A stretch of 42,282 nt of DNA, from assembly GCA_009780795.1 (NCBI GenBank), contig WQZJ01000001.1, forward strand, positions 1 through 42,282. The letters run 5' to 3'. Made by a program: the position numbers and the translations under genes. Under the pieces are notes generated by a model. It was not told the origin of the DNA and did not search any database. It worked only from the letters and a program-made list of their open reading frames with translations. Source of the stretch: Methanomassiliicoccaceae archaeon (lineage in GTDB: Archaea; Thermoplasmatota; Thermoplasmata; Methanomassiliicoccales; Methanomethylophilaceae). Numbering within the stretch: the first letter of the stretch is position 1; each line of letters begins with the position of its first letter. Below, piece by piece: positions 17,723-27,330 of the stretch.

Positions 17723-18193
17723 ATGACCGAGAAGATGATCGAGGCACCCACGGTGGAGGAGATAGCTGCCGCCGTGGACAGAGAGTTCTCATATATGACG
17801 GTGAAGAAGAAGACGGGCGTGCGCAGGATACACTACTCCTGCGACAGGAAGGCGATACACGACCTGTGCAAATATCTGCATGACGTCCTCAACTTCGAAC
17901 AGGCATCGTCGGTGTGCGGTGTCGACTGGAAGGACCACATGCAGGTGGTCTATCATCTGTCCAACTACGAGACAGGGATAATGGTCGAGATAACGGTCGA
18001 CGTTCCGAACGACGACCCGCACATAGACTCCGTGGCGCTCATTTGGGAAGGGGCGGACTGGCACGAGAGGGAGACGTACGAACTGTTCGGCATAATATTC
18101 GACGGGCATCCGAAACTGGAGAGGCTGCTGACGCCTCAGAACTATGAGTTCTTCCCGTTCAGGAAATCATACAAGCTAAGGGGGCAGGAATAA
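17723..18193 (+). CDS. fpoC: Fpo/Nuo-like complex subunit C
   Basis: It has the NuoC block WEGADWHERETYELFGIIFDGHP. Confidence 0.85.
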   Translation: MTEKMIEAPTVEEIAAAVDREFSYMTVKKKTGVRRIHYSCDRKAIHDLCKYLHDVLNFEQASSVCGVDWKDHMQVVYHLSNYETGIMVEITVDVPNDDPHIDSVALIWEGADWHERETYELFGIIFDGHPKLERLLTPQNYEFFPFRKSYKLRGQE

Positions 18194-19287
18194 TGAGCGA
18201 CATGTGGATCACGATGGGCCCGCAGCACCCGTTCTCGCACGGGCTGTGGACGCTCAAGATCAGGGCGGACGGAGAGATAGTTCAGGAAGCGGAGCCCGTG
18301 ATCGGATACCTGCACCGCGGCTGGGAGAAGGAATGTGAGAACCGCACATATCCGATGATCATACCGATGGCCGACCGTCTCTGCTATTCTGCGTCCATGA
18401 CATGGTCGCACGTATACTGCAAAGTGGTCGAGGAGGCCATGGGGATAGAGCTGACGGACCGCGCCAAATACCTGAGGGTGGTCGCGGACGAGATATGCAG
18501 GATACAGTCACATCTGATGTGGCTCGCCGCGATGGGGACCGATCTAGGCAACCTGACGGTGTTCCTGTGGTCGCTGAGGGAGAGGGAGTTCTTCCTGGAC
18601 CTGAACGTCAAGCTGTGCGGACAGAGACTGACGACCAACTATCCGAGGATAGGAGGGGTCAGGAACGACATGCCGTACTACTTCGAGAGGGACTGCCTGA
18701 GGGCGGTCGATCGTTTCGAGAAGATGATATGGGAACTGGTCGCGATGATGGACGAGTCGGCGATATTCCTGTCCAGGATGCAGGGCGTCGGGATCGTCTC
18801 GCGCAAGGATGCCGCCAACTTCGGGTTGACGGGACCGACGATGAGAGGATGTGGCGTCGACTTCGACGTTCGCCGCGACGATCCGTACTGCAACTACGAC
18901 CAGCTCGAATGGGACGTTGCCGTGTGCAACGACGGCGATGCGTACGGAAGGTACAAAGTTAGGATAGAGGAGATGTTCCAGAGCTGCGACATCATCAGAC
19001 AGGCGATGGCGAAGCTCGACGCGATACCGAAGACGGAACCGACCAGGGTGAAGGCGCCCAGGAGGGTCCCGGAGGGCACGCACTTCGCGAGGGTCGAGGA
19101 CCCGAGGGGAGAGAGCTTGATGTATCTGGTGTCCGACGGCACCGACAAGCCGTACAGGCTGAAGGTACGCAGCCCCATATTCGTGAACGTATCTGCGTCC
19201 AAACATCTTGTGAAAGGCGTGAGAATAGCAGACATCCCCGCGATCATGGGGACGTTGGACATGTGTCTGGGAGAGACGGACAGGTGA
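18193..19287 (+). CDS. fpoD: Fpo/Nuo-like complex subunit D
   Basis: It has MGPQHPFSHG, GYLHRGWEK and the C-terminal DMCLGETDR, typical of NuoD/49 kDa. Confidence 0.9.
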   Translation: MSDMWITMGPQHPFSHGLWTLKIRADGEIVQEAEPVIGYLHRGWEKECENRTYPMIIPMADRLCYSASMTWSHVYCKVVEEAMGIELTDRAKYLRVVADEICRIQSHLMWLAAMGTDLGNLTVFLWSLREREFFLDLNVKLCGQRLTTNYPRIGGVRNDMPYYFERDCLRAVDRFEKMIWELVAMMDESAIFLSRMQGVGIVSRKDAANFGLTGPTMRGCGVDFDVRRDDPYCNYDQLEWDVAVCNDGDAYGRYKVRIEEMFQSCDIIRQAMAKLDAIPKTEPTRVKAPRRVPEGTHFARVEDPRGESLMYLVSDGTDKPYRLKVRSPIFVNVSASKHLVKGVRIADIPAIMGTLDMCLGETDR

Positions 19288-19291
19288 TACC

Positions 19292-20455
19292 ATGCCATAC
19301 AGCAGCATAAGAGAATGGGTGACATGGAGCGAGCCTATCAACAGCCCGTACGGGGTGTTCAACATACCCTACGAGCTGGCCTACCGCGTCTGGGAACTGA
19401 TCGGCGGAACGCTGGCATGGCTCATAAACCTGATATTTCCGGGCAACAGCCTGTCAGAGTACCTGGCATTCGACCAGACGTTCGCAAGTTACATCGCGAT
19501 AGCGATAATGGTCATCGTGATCTTTGCCGTCGCGTTCGTGATAAATCTTACAATGATATGGCAGGAACGTAAGGTCCTGGGAAGAATGATGGACAGAAGG
19601 GCCACGCGCATAGGTCCTCTGGGGTATCTGCAGTGTCTCGCTGACGGACTTAAAACGTTCCTGAAAGAGAACATCATGCCGGAGAAGGCGGACAAGAAAG
19701 GGTACATGTGGGCACTTGTCGTGCTGATAGGCACGTCCGTGCTCATAGCATGCATGATACCGCTCAGCAGCAGATGGTTCGTGGTCGATTACAACACCGG
19801 TCTGCTTCTGATATTCGGTCTGTTCGCGATCGCGCCGTTCATGATACTGGTGGCCGGCTGGTCGCAGAATAACAAATACTCTTTGATAGGAGGTATGAGG
19901 GCCGCGGCACAAATGGTGGCGTACGAGGTCCCGATGCTCCTGGTACTGGCGTCGGTCGTATTGCTGGCCGGCAGCTTCAATATAAATGATATAGTGTACG
20001 CGCAGATGGAGACCACATGGTACATACTACCATTGTTCCTGGGTTTCATAGTGTTCCTGATATCAGCGATAGCGGAATCGGAAAGGATACCGTTCGACCT
20101 TCCGGAGGCGGAGGCCGAACTGGTCGAGGGATGGCAGACGGAGTACAGCGGAATGAAATGGGGACTGATCATGCTGGCGGACTACTTCAGAGGGTACGTC
20201 GCATGTGCGCTGATAGTGATAATGTTCCTCGGCGGCTGGACGCTCCCGTTCATCGGCGACGGGCCGATACCTGAGCTGGTGTTCCTGCTCAAGGTGTTCA
20301 TGGTGTTCTTCATATTCGCATGGGTAAGGGCGGCGCACTGCCGTATCAGGACCGATCAGATACTGCACTTCGGGTGGAAGGTACTTCTTCCGCTGTCGGT
20401 GGTGAACCTGGTCATAGTTCTGGCCATCATGCTCGCAGGAGGGATATTATGGTAA
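19292..20455 (+). CDS. fpoH: Fpo/Nuo-like complex subunit H, with about 50 aa N-terminal extension
   Basis: It has QERKVLGRMMDRRATRIGPLGYLQCLADGLK and ESERIPFDLPEAEAELVEG, the NuoH/ND1 signatures. The ERK motif lies at aa 92-94. Confidence 0.9.
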   Translation: MPYSSIREWVTWSEPINSPYGVFNIPYELAYRVWELIGGTLAWLINLIFPGNSLSEYLAFDQTFASYIAIAIMVIVIFAVAFVINLTMIWQERKVLGRMMDRRATRIGPLGYLQCLADGLKTFLKENIMPEKADKKGYMWALVVLIGTSVLIACMIPLSSRWFVVDYNTGLLLIFGLFAIAPFMILVAGWSQNNKYSLIGGMRAAAQMVAYEVPMLLVLASVVLLAGSFNINDIVYAQMETTWYILPLFLGFIVFLISAIAESERIPFDLPEAEAELVEGWQTEYSGMKWGLIMLADYFRGYVACALIVIMFLGGWTLPFIGDGPIPELVFLLKVFMVFFIFAWVRAAHCRIRTDQILHFGWKVLLPLSVVNLVIVLAIMLAGGILW

Positions 20456-21192
20456 TAAAGTACCTGGACAAGTTCCCTAAGAAGAAGAACGCACGCACGC
20501 TCTGGGTGCTGAAGCCCATGTGGGTGACCTTGAGGAAGATGTTCAAGACCACCCTTCACAGGCCGGTGACCATAATGTACCCGTACGAGAAGGAATGGGT
20601 ACCTGACAACTACCGCGGAAGGCCGGGTCTGCACTTCGACAAGTGCCTCGGATGCAGCATATGTGAGAGGATGTGCCCCACCAAGTGCATAAACATGGTG
20701 GATTCGCCGGATGACACAGGTAAGAACGTACTGAGGCCGCAGGTGAACCTCGGAAGGTGCATGATGTGCGGATACTGTGCGGAATACTGTCCTGTGAACG
20801 CGATGATAGTCACACCCGACTACGAATTGGCCGCATACACGCGTGAGGAGCTCATATACGGCCCCAGGAAGCTTGCGTGGCCGAACGCGACCGAAGGAAT
20901 GGAAGTGCACCTGAAGGAGCACCTTCTGTCCGACATCGCGGCTGGCGAGACCGGTAAGCTGACGGCGTTCTACGAGGTGGACAGGCCGGAGCTCGAGGAT
21001 AAGAAGTGCATAGGCTGTACCAGATGTGTCAAGGTGTGTCCTGTCGACGCGATAGAGATGTACACCGCCGGCGAGAACGATAAGGGAAAGCCGATAAAGC
21101 TCCCGAAGTTCGACAACGGCAGATGCGTTTGCTGCGAGAAATGCGTGGATGAGTGTCCCAAGGACGCCATCACGATAAAGGAGGTGCTATGA
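20449..21192 (+). CDS. fpoI: Fpo/Nuo-like complex subunit I carrying four CxxCxxCxxxCP motifs (extra 2x[4Fe-4S] module)
   Basis: ATG 20449 overlaps the fpoH stop. The track start at 20320 lies inside fpoH. The motifs are CLGCSICERMCP, CMMCGYCAEYCP, CIGCTRCVKVCP and CVCCEKCVDECP. Confidence 0.85.
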   Translation: MVIKYLDKFPKKKNARTLWVLKPMWVTLRKMFKTTLHRPVTIMYPYEKEWVPDNYRGRPGLHFDKCLGCSICERMCPTKCINMVDSPDDTGKNVLRPQVNLGRCMMCGYCAEYCPVNAMIVTPDYELAAYTREELIYGPRKLAWPNATEGMEVHLKEHLLSDIAAGETGKLTAFYEVDRPELEDKKCIGCTRCVKVCPVDAIEMYTAGENDKGKPIKLPKFDNGRCVCCEKCVDECPKDAITIKEVL

Positions 21193-21545
21193 TGAGCATT
21201 ATCTCTACATTGGATTCGCTGGTCACCGGCGTAGGGGACGGCATATCGAGCGTGGTGACATTCATCGTTAATAACCCGGATGCCATCGCATTCTTGGTAG
21301 TATTTGCGATAACGATCGCGTCCGCGCTGTTCGTGGTGATATCGAAGGAGGTGGTGCACAGTGCATTCTACCTTGCGCTGACGACCATATGTGTCGCGAT
21401 CACATACTTCTTCCTGGAGGCGGAGTTCGTGGCCATCGTTCAACTGATGGTGTACGTCGGCGCCGTGACGATAGTGTTCGCGTTCAGCATCATGCTCACT
21501 CGAAATAAGATAATGGAGAAGAAGGGAGGTGACGGCAATGGATAA
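21189..21545 (+). CDS. fpoJ: Fpo/Nuo-like complex subunit J, N-terminal half (split J1)
   Basis: This membrane protein has the NuoJ-like VHSAFYLALTTICVAITYFFLEAEFVAIVQLMVYVGAVTIVFAF. Its ATG overlaps the fpoI stop. Confidence 0.8.
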   Translation: MMSIISTLDSLVTGVGDGISSVVTFIVNNPDAIAFLVVFAITIASALFVVISKEVVHSAFYLALTTICVAITYFFLEAEFVAIVQLMVYVGAVTIVFAFSIMLTRNKIMEKKGGDGNG

Positions 21546-21834
21546 GAGAGCGCTCGTGCCGAGTGTGGTACTGGCGGTCGCCATAATGGCCATATTCTCG
21601 GCCGCCGCCTTCTCGGGCGACTGGTTCCGCGACTACAACGCGGAGGAACTGCATCCTCAGGAGTTCGCTCCCGGCCCTGACGGGCTGTCAAAGGATTCGA
21701 TCAATTACATGCTGTTCGAGGAGTTCGGGCCGATACTGATAGTGTTGGCACTGCTCATGTTCGGTTCGATCATAGGCGGTGTCTACATAGCTAAGGAAGA
21801 CGAAGAAGAAGAAACGGAGGAGGATAATAGATGA
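21538..21834 (+). CDS. fpoJ: Fpo/Nuo-like complex subunit J, C-terminal half (split J2) with acidic tail
   Basis: It has the C-terminal NuoJ-like block LFEEFGPILIVLALLMFGSIIGGVYIA and the tail KEDEEEETEEDNR. It overlaps the J1 stop. Confidence 0.7.
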   Translation: MDKRALVPSVVLAVAIMAIFSAAAFSGDWFRDYNAEELHPQEFAPGPDGLSKDSINYMLFEEFGPILIVLALLMFGSIIGGVYIAKEDEEEETEEDNR

Positions 21835-22133
21835 TCCCCATCGAGCTTTTCCTCCTATTGTCCGCGGTACTGTTCAGTATCGGACTGCTGGGTGTCCTGG
21901 TCCGGTCCAACGGTATCGTGATACTGATGTGCATAGAGATAATGCTGAACGCGGCGAACATCAACTTCATAGCGTTCGCGTCCCATTCGCCGGAACCGCT
22001 GGCGCAGATATTCGTGATAGTATCCATAGCGGTCGCCGCGGCTGAAGTGGGCGTGGGCATCGCTATACTATTGCGCGCGTACAAGGTGAGGAAGTCGACC
22101 AACATAGACGACCTTACGACCCTGAGGTGGTAA
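21831..22133 (+). CDS. fpoK: Fpo/Nuo-like complex subunit K
   Basis: It is 100 aa with three predicted TM helices and has the NuoK-like MCIEIMLNAANINF and AAAEVGVGIAILL. Confidence 0.85.
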   Translation: MIPIELFLLLSAVLFSIGLLGVLVRSNGIVILMCIEIMLNAANINFIAFASHSPEPLAQIFVIVSIAVAAAEVGVGIAILLRAYKVRKSTNIDDLTTLRW

Positions 22134-22134
22134 G

Positions 22135-24153
22135 ATGATCGGATCGATATCATTCATGGAATTTGCGTGGCTGATCCCGTTCGTACCGCTCCTGGCGTTC
22201 GTCATAGTCGGTTTCTTCGGGACCAAGTTCAAAGGAGGTGGCGGACTATTCGCCGTATCCTGTGCGCTGTTCGCGTTCGCGATGTCCGGTCTGGTGGCGT
22301 ACGAGTTCTTTACCGGAAGCGGCGTCCCGTACTCGCCGGACCCCATACAATGGCTGGCGATCGGCGAGTACACACTGAACTTCGGAATATACATCGACGG
22401 GCTGACATGCGTTATGCTGCTCTTCTCGTCGTCCATATCGCTGCTGATATTCATCTACTCGATAGGGTACATGAGCGGCGAAGGGAAGGGAAAGAGAAGG
22501 TACTACGCCGAGATATCACTGTTCCTCGGCGGTATGCTTGGTCTTATCCTCTCGAGCAACTACCTGGAGATGTTCATCTTCTGGGAGATAATGGGCGTAT
22601 GTTCGTATCTGCTCATAGGGTTCTGGTCATTCAAGCACCCTGACGGCGACGAAGCGTCCGCGGCGGCGGCCTCGGCGGCCAAGAAGGCGTTCCTGGTCAC
22701 AAGACTGGGGGACGTGTGCTTCATGGCCGGTCTGTTCGTGCTGCTGTGGTCGTTCAAGAGCCTCGACTTCGGTGTGCTCTTCGACCCGGCCGAGATCGCC
22801 GGCGTCGACGGCGGGATGATACTCTTGGGCATACTGCTGTTGTTCGGCGGTGTGATAGGTAAGAGCGCCCAATTCCCGCTGCAGGACTGGCTGCCCGATG
22901 CGATGGCCGGTCCTACCACCGTATCCGCGTTGATACACGCGGCGACGATGGTCAAGGCCGGTGTGTACCTCGTTGCGAGGTCATACCCGCTGTTCGTGCA
23001 GAACGCGGATGCCATGCTGCTGATCGCGGTGATAGGAGGTGTGACGGCCTTCATAGCTGCGACGATGGCGCTCAATAATATGAATATAAAACGGGTGCTG
23101 GCGTATTCTACGATATCCCAACTGGGGTACATGATAATGGCACTGGGTGTCGGAGGTTATATCATAGCCACCGAGATGGCCCACGGCGACGTCAGCTCGG
23201 ATGGATACACCGCAGGTGTGTTCCATATGATGAACCACGCCTTCTTCAAGGCGCTGCTGTTCATGGGCGCGGGGTCGGTGATACATGCCGTAGGTACCGA
23301 GGATATGCGTAGAATGGGCGGATTAAGTAGAAAGATGAAGATAACATCGTTCACGATGCTGATCGGATGTCTGTCCATCGCAGGGTTCCCGCTGTTCAGC
23401 GGGTTCTGGTCCAAGGATCTGATACTCGAAGCGGTGATGGAACCGTCGTCGCACAGCATCATATTCGTGCTGCTCTTCGTGCTTGCACTGATAACGGCGT
23501 TCATGACCGCGTTCTACATGTTCAGGCTGTGGTTCATGACCTTCAAGGGAAGGACGGGAGATGCGTCGGCGCACTGTCACGGCGAATCGCCCAAGTCGAT
23601 GACCGTACCACTGGTCATACTGTCGCTGTTCGCCGCGTTCTCCGGGTTCTTCATATTCCTCGGACTGAACGATGTGATAACGTTCAGTGTGATCGGCGGC
23701 GAGTTCTTCGTCGGCGGCCACGGACACTCCGCGGCATACATAATGGACCACATAATGACCAATGTGTGGACGTATGTGTCCATCGCCATCTCACTGGCGG
23801 GCATAGTGCTGGCTTACATGATGTACGCGCGCAGGTCCATAGACCCGGCGATGTTCAACGCCGACGGGAAATCGAGGATATACAGGTTCCTGACCGCACG
23901 CTACTACTTCCCGCAGCTGTACGACCAGATATCCCTCAAATTGGGATACAGCGTGGCCAAGGGAGTGGAGTATGTGGATGAGAACCTGATAGACGGTACG
24001 GTGAACGGCCTTTCGAACTCTGTGATAGGGACGTCCGGGTCCATGAGGAAGCTGCACTCCGGTTACGTGAGGGACTACGCGTCCTTCATGGTGATCGGTG
24101 TGATAACGATCTTCGTGGTGCTTTACATCCTGGTCACATCAGGAGGTGTCTGA
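22135..24153 (+). CDS. fpoL: Fpo/Nuo-like complex subunit L (antiporter-like, long)
   Basis: It is 672 aa and has GKSAQFPLQDWLPDAMAGPTTVSALIHAATMVKAGVYL, typical of NuoL/ND5. Confidence 0.9.
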   Translation: MIGSISFMEFAWLIPFVPLLAFVIVGFFGTKFKGGGGLFAVSCALFAFAMSGLVAYEFFTGSGVPYSPDPIQWLAIGEYTLNFGIYIDGLTCVMLLFSSSISLLIFIYSIGYMSGEGKGKRRYYAEISLFLGGMLGLILSSNYLEMFIFWEIMGVCSYLLIGFWSFKHPDGDEASAAAASAAKKAFLVTRLGDVCFMAGLFVLLWSFKSLDFGVLFDPAEIAGVDGGMILLGILLLFGGVIGKSAQFPLQDWLPDAMAGPTTVSALIHAATMVKAGVYLVARSYPLFVQNADAMLLIAVIGGVTAFIAATMALNNMNIKRVLAYSTISQLGYMIMALGVGGYIIATEMAHGDVSSDGYTAGVFHMMNHAFFKALLFMGAGSVIHAVGTEDMRRMGGLSRKMKITSFTMLIGCLSIAGFPLFSGFWSKDLILEAVMEPSSHSIIFVLLFVLALITAFMTAFYMFRLWFMTFKGRTGDASAHCHGESPKSMTVPLVILSLFAAFSGFFIFLGLNDVITFSVIGGEFFVGGHGHSAAYIMDHIMTNVWTYVSIAISLAGIVLAYMMYARRSIDPAMFNADGKSRIYRFLTARYYFPQLYDQISLKLGYSVAKGVEYVDENLIDGTVNGLSNSVIGTSGSMRKLHSGYVRDYASFMVIGVITIFVVLYILVTSGGV

Positions 24154-24154
24154 T

Positions 24155-25696
24155 ATGGAGTTCATAGGTCTTGAGATACCGTTCCTGTATCTGTTGCTGC
24201 TCGTACCGCTCATAGGGGCGGTGCTCAGCGGATTCACGCACAAGAACAGAAAGATGGCGAAATACGTCGCCATAATCTCGTCAGGTATAACGCTCGCGCT
24301 GTCCCTGATGTACATATACGCACTGTCCAGCGGAGATTACTTCGATTCCACGAGCTTCGCATGGATAGACACGGAATGGATCAAGATATCGTTCGCGCTC
24401 GGCGTCGACGGCATGAGCATACTGATGGTATTGCTCACAACGCTGCTGGTGTTCCTGGTCTCGATATTCTCGGGTTCCGAGAGCAACAGCCCCAACACCT
24501 TCTTCGGCCTGATACTGGCGATGGAGGTAGGTCTCCTGGGAGTGTTCCTGGCGCAGGATTACTTCCTGTTCTACATCTTCTGGGAGGTGGCGCTGGTCCC
24601 GATGTACTTCCTGATCAGCGGTTGGGGAGGGCCCCGCAGACACTACGCGGCGATCAAGTTCTTCATATACACGCATGTGGCGAGCCTGATAATGCTGATC
24701 GGTATCTTTGCGATGGCGATGATGGCGGCCGGAGGCGGTCCGTGGGTCGTCGGCGGAGGCGCGGTGGACTTCTCGTTCGCGGCGATAAGGGACGCGATGG
24801 AGAACGACATGTTCGACAAGGTGTTCCAGACGGCCATATTCGGAATGATGTTCCTGGGCTTCGCCGTAAAGATGCCCGTGGTGCCGTTCCACACATGGTT
24901 ACCGGATGCGCACGTCGAGGCACCGACCGCAGGCAGTGTTCTGCTGGCGGGCGTCATGCTTAAGATGGGTACGTACGGTATAATCCGCATATGCCTCGAG
25001 ATGCTCCCCGACGGGGCGCATGCGTGGCAGCCGGTGATGATAGTGATCGCGCTGGTGGCGATACTGTACGGTGCGTACGCCTGTATAGCTCAGAAGGATC
25101 TGAAGAAGATGGTGGCGTTCTCATCCATCAGTCACATGGGACTGGTGTTGCTTGGCATAGCCACCTTGTCCGAGCTCGGGATAACGTTCGCGATATTCCA
25201 GATGTTCGCGCACGGTCTGATAACGGCTGTGCTGTTCATGGTGTGCGGCATAGCCGGCCACAATGCGGGCACAAGGGAGATACCGTTGCTGGGAGGACTG
25301 GCCGGGAAGATGCCCAAGTTCGCGTTCTTCATGATGTTCGGATTCATGGCATCGCTGGGATTACCGGGACTTGCGGGATTCGTCGCCGAGTTCGGTATCA
25401 TAATGGCGTTCTTCGAATACCTGGCCGGAACGGCGTACCTATGGGTTATCGTCTTTGCACTGGCATCGCTGATGCTGACCGCGGGATATTATCTGTGGGC
25501 CATGCAACGTACGATATTCGGAAAGGAGACCGATAGGATAGATATCAAGCACGTGCACGACGTCAGTAAACCGGAGACACTGGCGCTCGGTGTGCTGTGC
25601 GCACTGATCGCCCTGTTCGGTATAATGCCGTGGCTGGTGGTGGACATGCTCGGTCCGACCGTTGACATGATCTGCCACTTCCTGGGGGTGATCTGA
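24155..25696 (+). CDS. fpoM: Fpo/Nuo-like complex subunit M (antiporter-like)
   Basis: It has KMPVVPFHTWLPDAHVEAPTAGSVLLAGVMLKMGTYG. ATG 24155 lies 8 nt after AGGAGG. The track start, GTG 24146, overlaps that RBS. Confidence 0.9.
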   Translation: MEFIGLEIPFLYLLLLVPLIGAVLSGFTHKNRKMAKYVAIISSGITLALSLMYIYALSSGDYFDSTSFAWIDTEWIKISFALGVDGMSILMVLLTTLLVFLVSIFSGSESNSPNTFFGLILAMEVGLLGVFLAQDYFLFYIFWEVALVPMYFLISGWGGPRRHYAAIKFFIYTHVASLIMLIGIFAMAMMAAGGGPWVVGGGAVDFSFAAIRDAMENDMFDKVFQTAIFGMMFLGFAVKMPVVPFHTWLPDAHVEAPTAGSVLLAGVMLKMGTYGIIRICLEMLPDGAHAWQPVMIVIALVAILYGAYACIAQKDLKKMVAFSSISHMGLVLLGIATLSELGITFAIFQMFAHGLITAVLFMVCGIAGHNAGTREIPLLGGLAGKMPKFAFFMMFGFMASLGLPGLAGFVAEFGIIMAFFEYLAGTAYLWVIVFALASLMLTAGYYLWAMQRTIFGKETDRIDIKHVHDVSKPETLALGVLCALIALFGIMPWLVVDMLGPTVDMICHFLGVI

Positions 25697-27228
25697 TGGT
25701 AGACATAATGGGCTTCATTGACTATGTGACGCCACTGGCGCCGCATCTCATACTGATAATAGCGGCGCTCGTCGCGCCGGCGATCGGCATGAAGAGCGGA
25801 AAGGCGACCGAAGTATTCATGATAATCGCGGGTGTATTCGCGATGATCGTCACCGGATACCTCATGTGGACCGGATACGTCGGTGAGTTCGAGGGACTGT
25901 ATCAGTTCAACACGTTCACCGGATTGATGTCACTGCTGTTCCTGTCAGTGTTCATACTTGTGGCGATGATGTCGTCCGCGGAGGGAAGGAAGCACCACGG
26001 TGAATACTTCGCCCTGCTGGCGGTGTCCACTGTAGGTATGATGCTGGTGTGCGCAGCGGAGGATATGATATCACTGTTCGTGGGATTGGAGCTGGCCAAC
26101 ATAACCGCGTTCGCCCTGGTCGCGTTCAAGAAGAACGACCCCAGGTCGTCCGAGGCGGCGGTCAAGTTCCTGATCACGAGCGGTCTGTCGACCGCGCTGT
26201 TCCTGTACGGTATGTCGCTGGTGTACGGTTTCACGGGATCGATGTCGATCAACGAGATAATCTACCACATGGCGGTGACCGACCCGTCGGTGTCGTACAT
26301 GGTGGCGATCGTCGTGCTGATAGCCGGATTCGCGTTCAAGATATCCGTCATCCCGTTCCATGCGTGGGTGCCGGACGTGTACGAGGGAGCACCTACGCCG
26401 GTCTCCACCTTCTTGGCCATAGGGTCCAAGAAGATGGGATTCGTGGTGTTCTTCAAGCTGTTCCTGCTGTTGTTCATCGCCGTGCACTTCCTCAGCCAGA
26501 TCGATGATCCGACCGCGGCAATGAGGATACACGAACTGCAGTGGGTGTTCGGAATGCTCGCAGCGGGAACGATGATCGTAGGTAACGTGGTGGCGATATC
26601 ACAGACCAGTATCAAGCGTATGCTGGCGTATTCCACCATCGCGCAATCAGGTTATCTGATGATAGTGCTGTGCGTGGGTACGGAATACGCCATGGCGACC
26701 GGTCTGTTCTACATGATCGTGCACGTGTTCATGAAAGGCGGTGCCTTCATAGTGGTGGCCGCGCTCGCGGCCCGCGGTCTGGGTGAGAATATCTCGGACT
26801 ACAAGGGACTGTCGAAGCGTGCCCCGCTGGTGGCGTTCGCGATGCTGCTGTTCATGTTCGCTCTTGCCGGAATTCCGCCGCTGGCGGGATTCACTGCCAA
26901 GTTCTTCCTGTTCTCCTCGGCGGTCACGCCGGACGGGACATGGATATGGCTGGTGGCCGTAGCGGTGATCAACAGCGCCATATCGCTGTACTACTACGCG
27001 AAGGTCGTGAAGACGATGTACGTCGACAAAGGTACCACCTCAGAGCGCATACGCATATCGGGGAGCTTCAAGCTCGCCATAGCGATATGTGCCATCGGGA
27101 CGATCATCATCGGCCTGTACCCCGGTCCGGTCCTCGAGATATGCGAGGCGGCCGCGAACGCGTACATAGGCGGATTCAAGGAATGGTTGTTCGACTTCCA
27201 TTCGGAACTGTTCCCGCCCATTCCGTGA
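25696..27228 (+). CDS. fpoN: Fpo/Nuo-like complex subunit N (antiporter-like)
   Basis: It has KISVIPFHAWVPDVYEGAPTPVSTFLA and LAYSTIAQSGY. Its ATG overlaps the fpoM stop by 1 nt. Confidence 0.9.
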   Translation: MVDIMGFIDYVTPLAPHLILIIAALVAPAIGMKSGKATEVFMIIAGVFAMIVTGYLMWTGYVGEFEGLYQFNTFTGLMSLLFLSVFILVAMMSSAEGRKHHGEYFALLAVSTVGMMLVCAAEDMISLFVGLELANITAFALVAFKKNDPRSSEAAVKFLITSGLSTALFLYGMSLVYGFTGSMSINEIIYHMAVTDPSVSYMVAIVVLIAGFAFKISVIPFHAWVPDVYEGAPTPVSTFLAIGSKKMGFVVFFKLFLLLFIAVHFLSQIDDPTAAMRIHELQWVFGMLAAGTMIVGNVVAISQTSIKRMLAYSTIAQSGYLMIVLCVGTEYAMATGLFYMIVHVFMKGGAFIVVAALAARGLGENISDYKGLSKRAPLVAFAMLLFMFALAGIPPLAGFTAKFFLFSSAVTPDGTWIWLVAVAVINSAISLYYYAKVVKTMYVDKGTTSERIRISGSFKLAIAICAIGTIIIGLYPGPVLEICEAAANAYIGGFKEWLFDFHSELFPPIP

Positions 27229-27246
27229 GCAAAACCCCTTCCAATG

Positions 27247-27286
27247 TTCTTTCTTTTTCATTCCCATCAGCGGACGCTGTTTTTTT
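27247..27286 (+). terminator. oligo-T tracts after fpoN (archaeal-type terminator candidates)
   Basis: The tracts are TTCTTTCTTTTTCATT (27247-27262) and a T7 run (27280-27286). They lie in the 102-bp gap between fpoN and the polyprenyl synthase gene. Confidence 0.45.
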
Positions 27287-27330
27287 GAAGCTGGAAGGTT
27301 TTAAGTACATTCTCTCTTTTAACAAGGGCA

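Noticed and set aside
20320-20448. N-terminal extensions of track ORFs that overlap the preceding gene (20320 for fpoI; likewise 6273, 7526, 16762, 21153, 21529, 24146, 28271, 31030, 36888, 41999, 42184)
   Set aside because: In each case an internal ATG or GTG sits at or just after the upstream stop codon, often as an ATGA overlap or behind a GGAGG/GGTGA site. The extension has no homology-like features and overlaps a confident gene in another frame.
16804-27228. Annotation as NADH:quinone oxidoreductase (bacterial complex I)
   Set aside because: There are no NuoE/F/G genes. Subunit J is split as in the Methanosarcina fpo operon, and the context is archaeal. The electron donor is therefore not NADH on present evidence, so I label it Fpo/Nuo-like.
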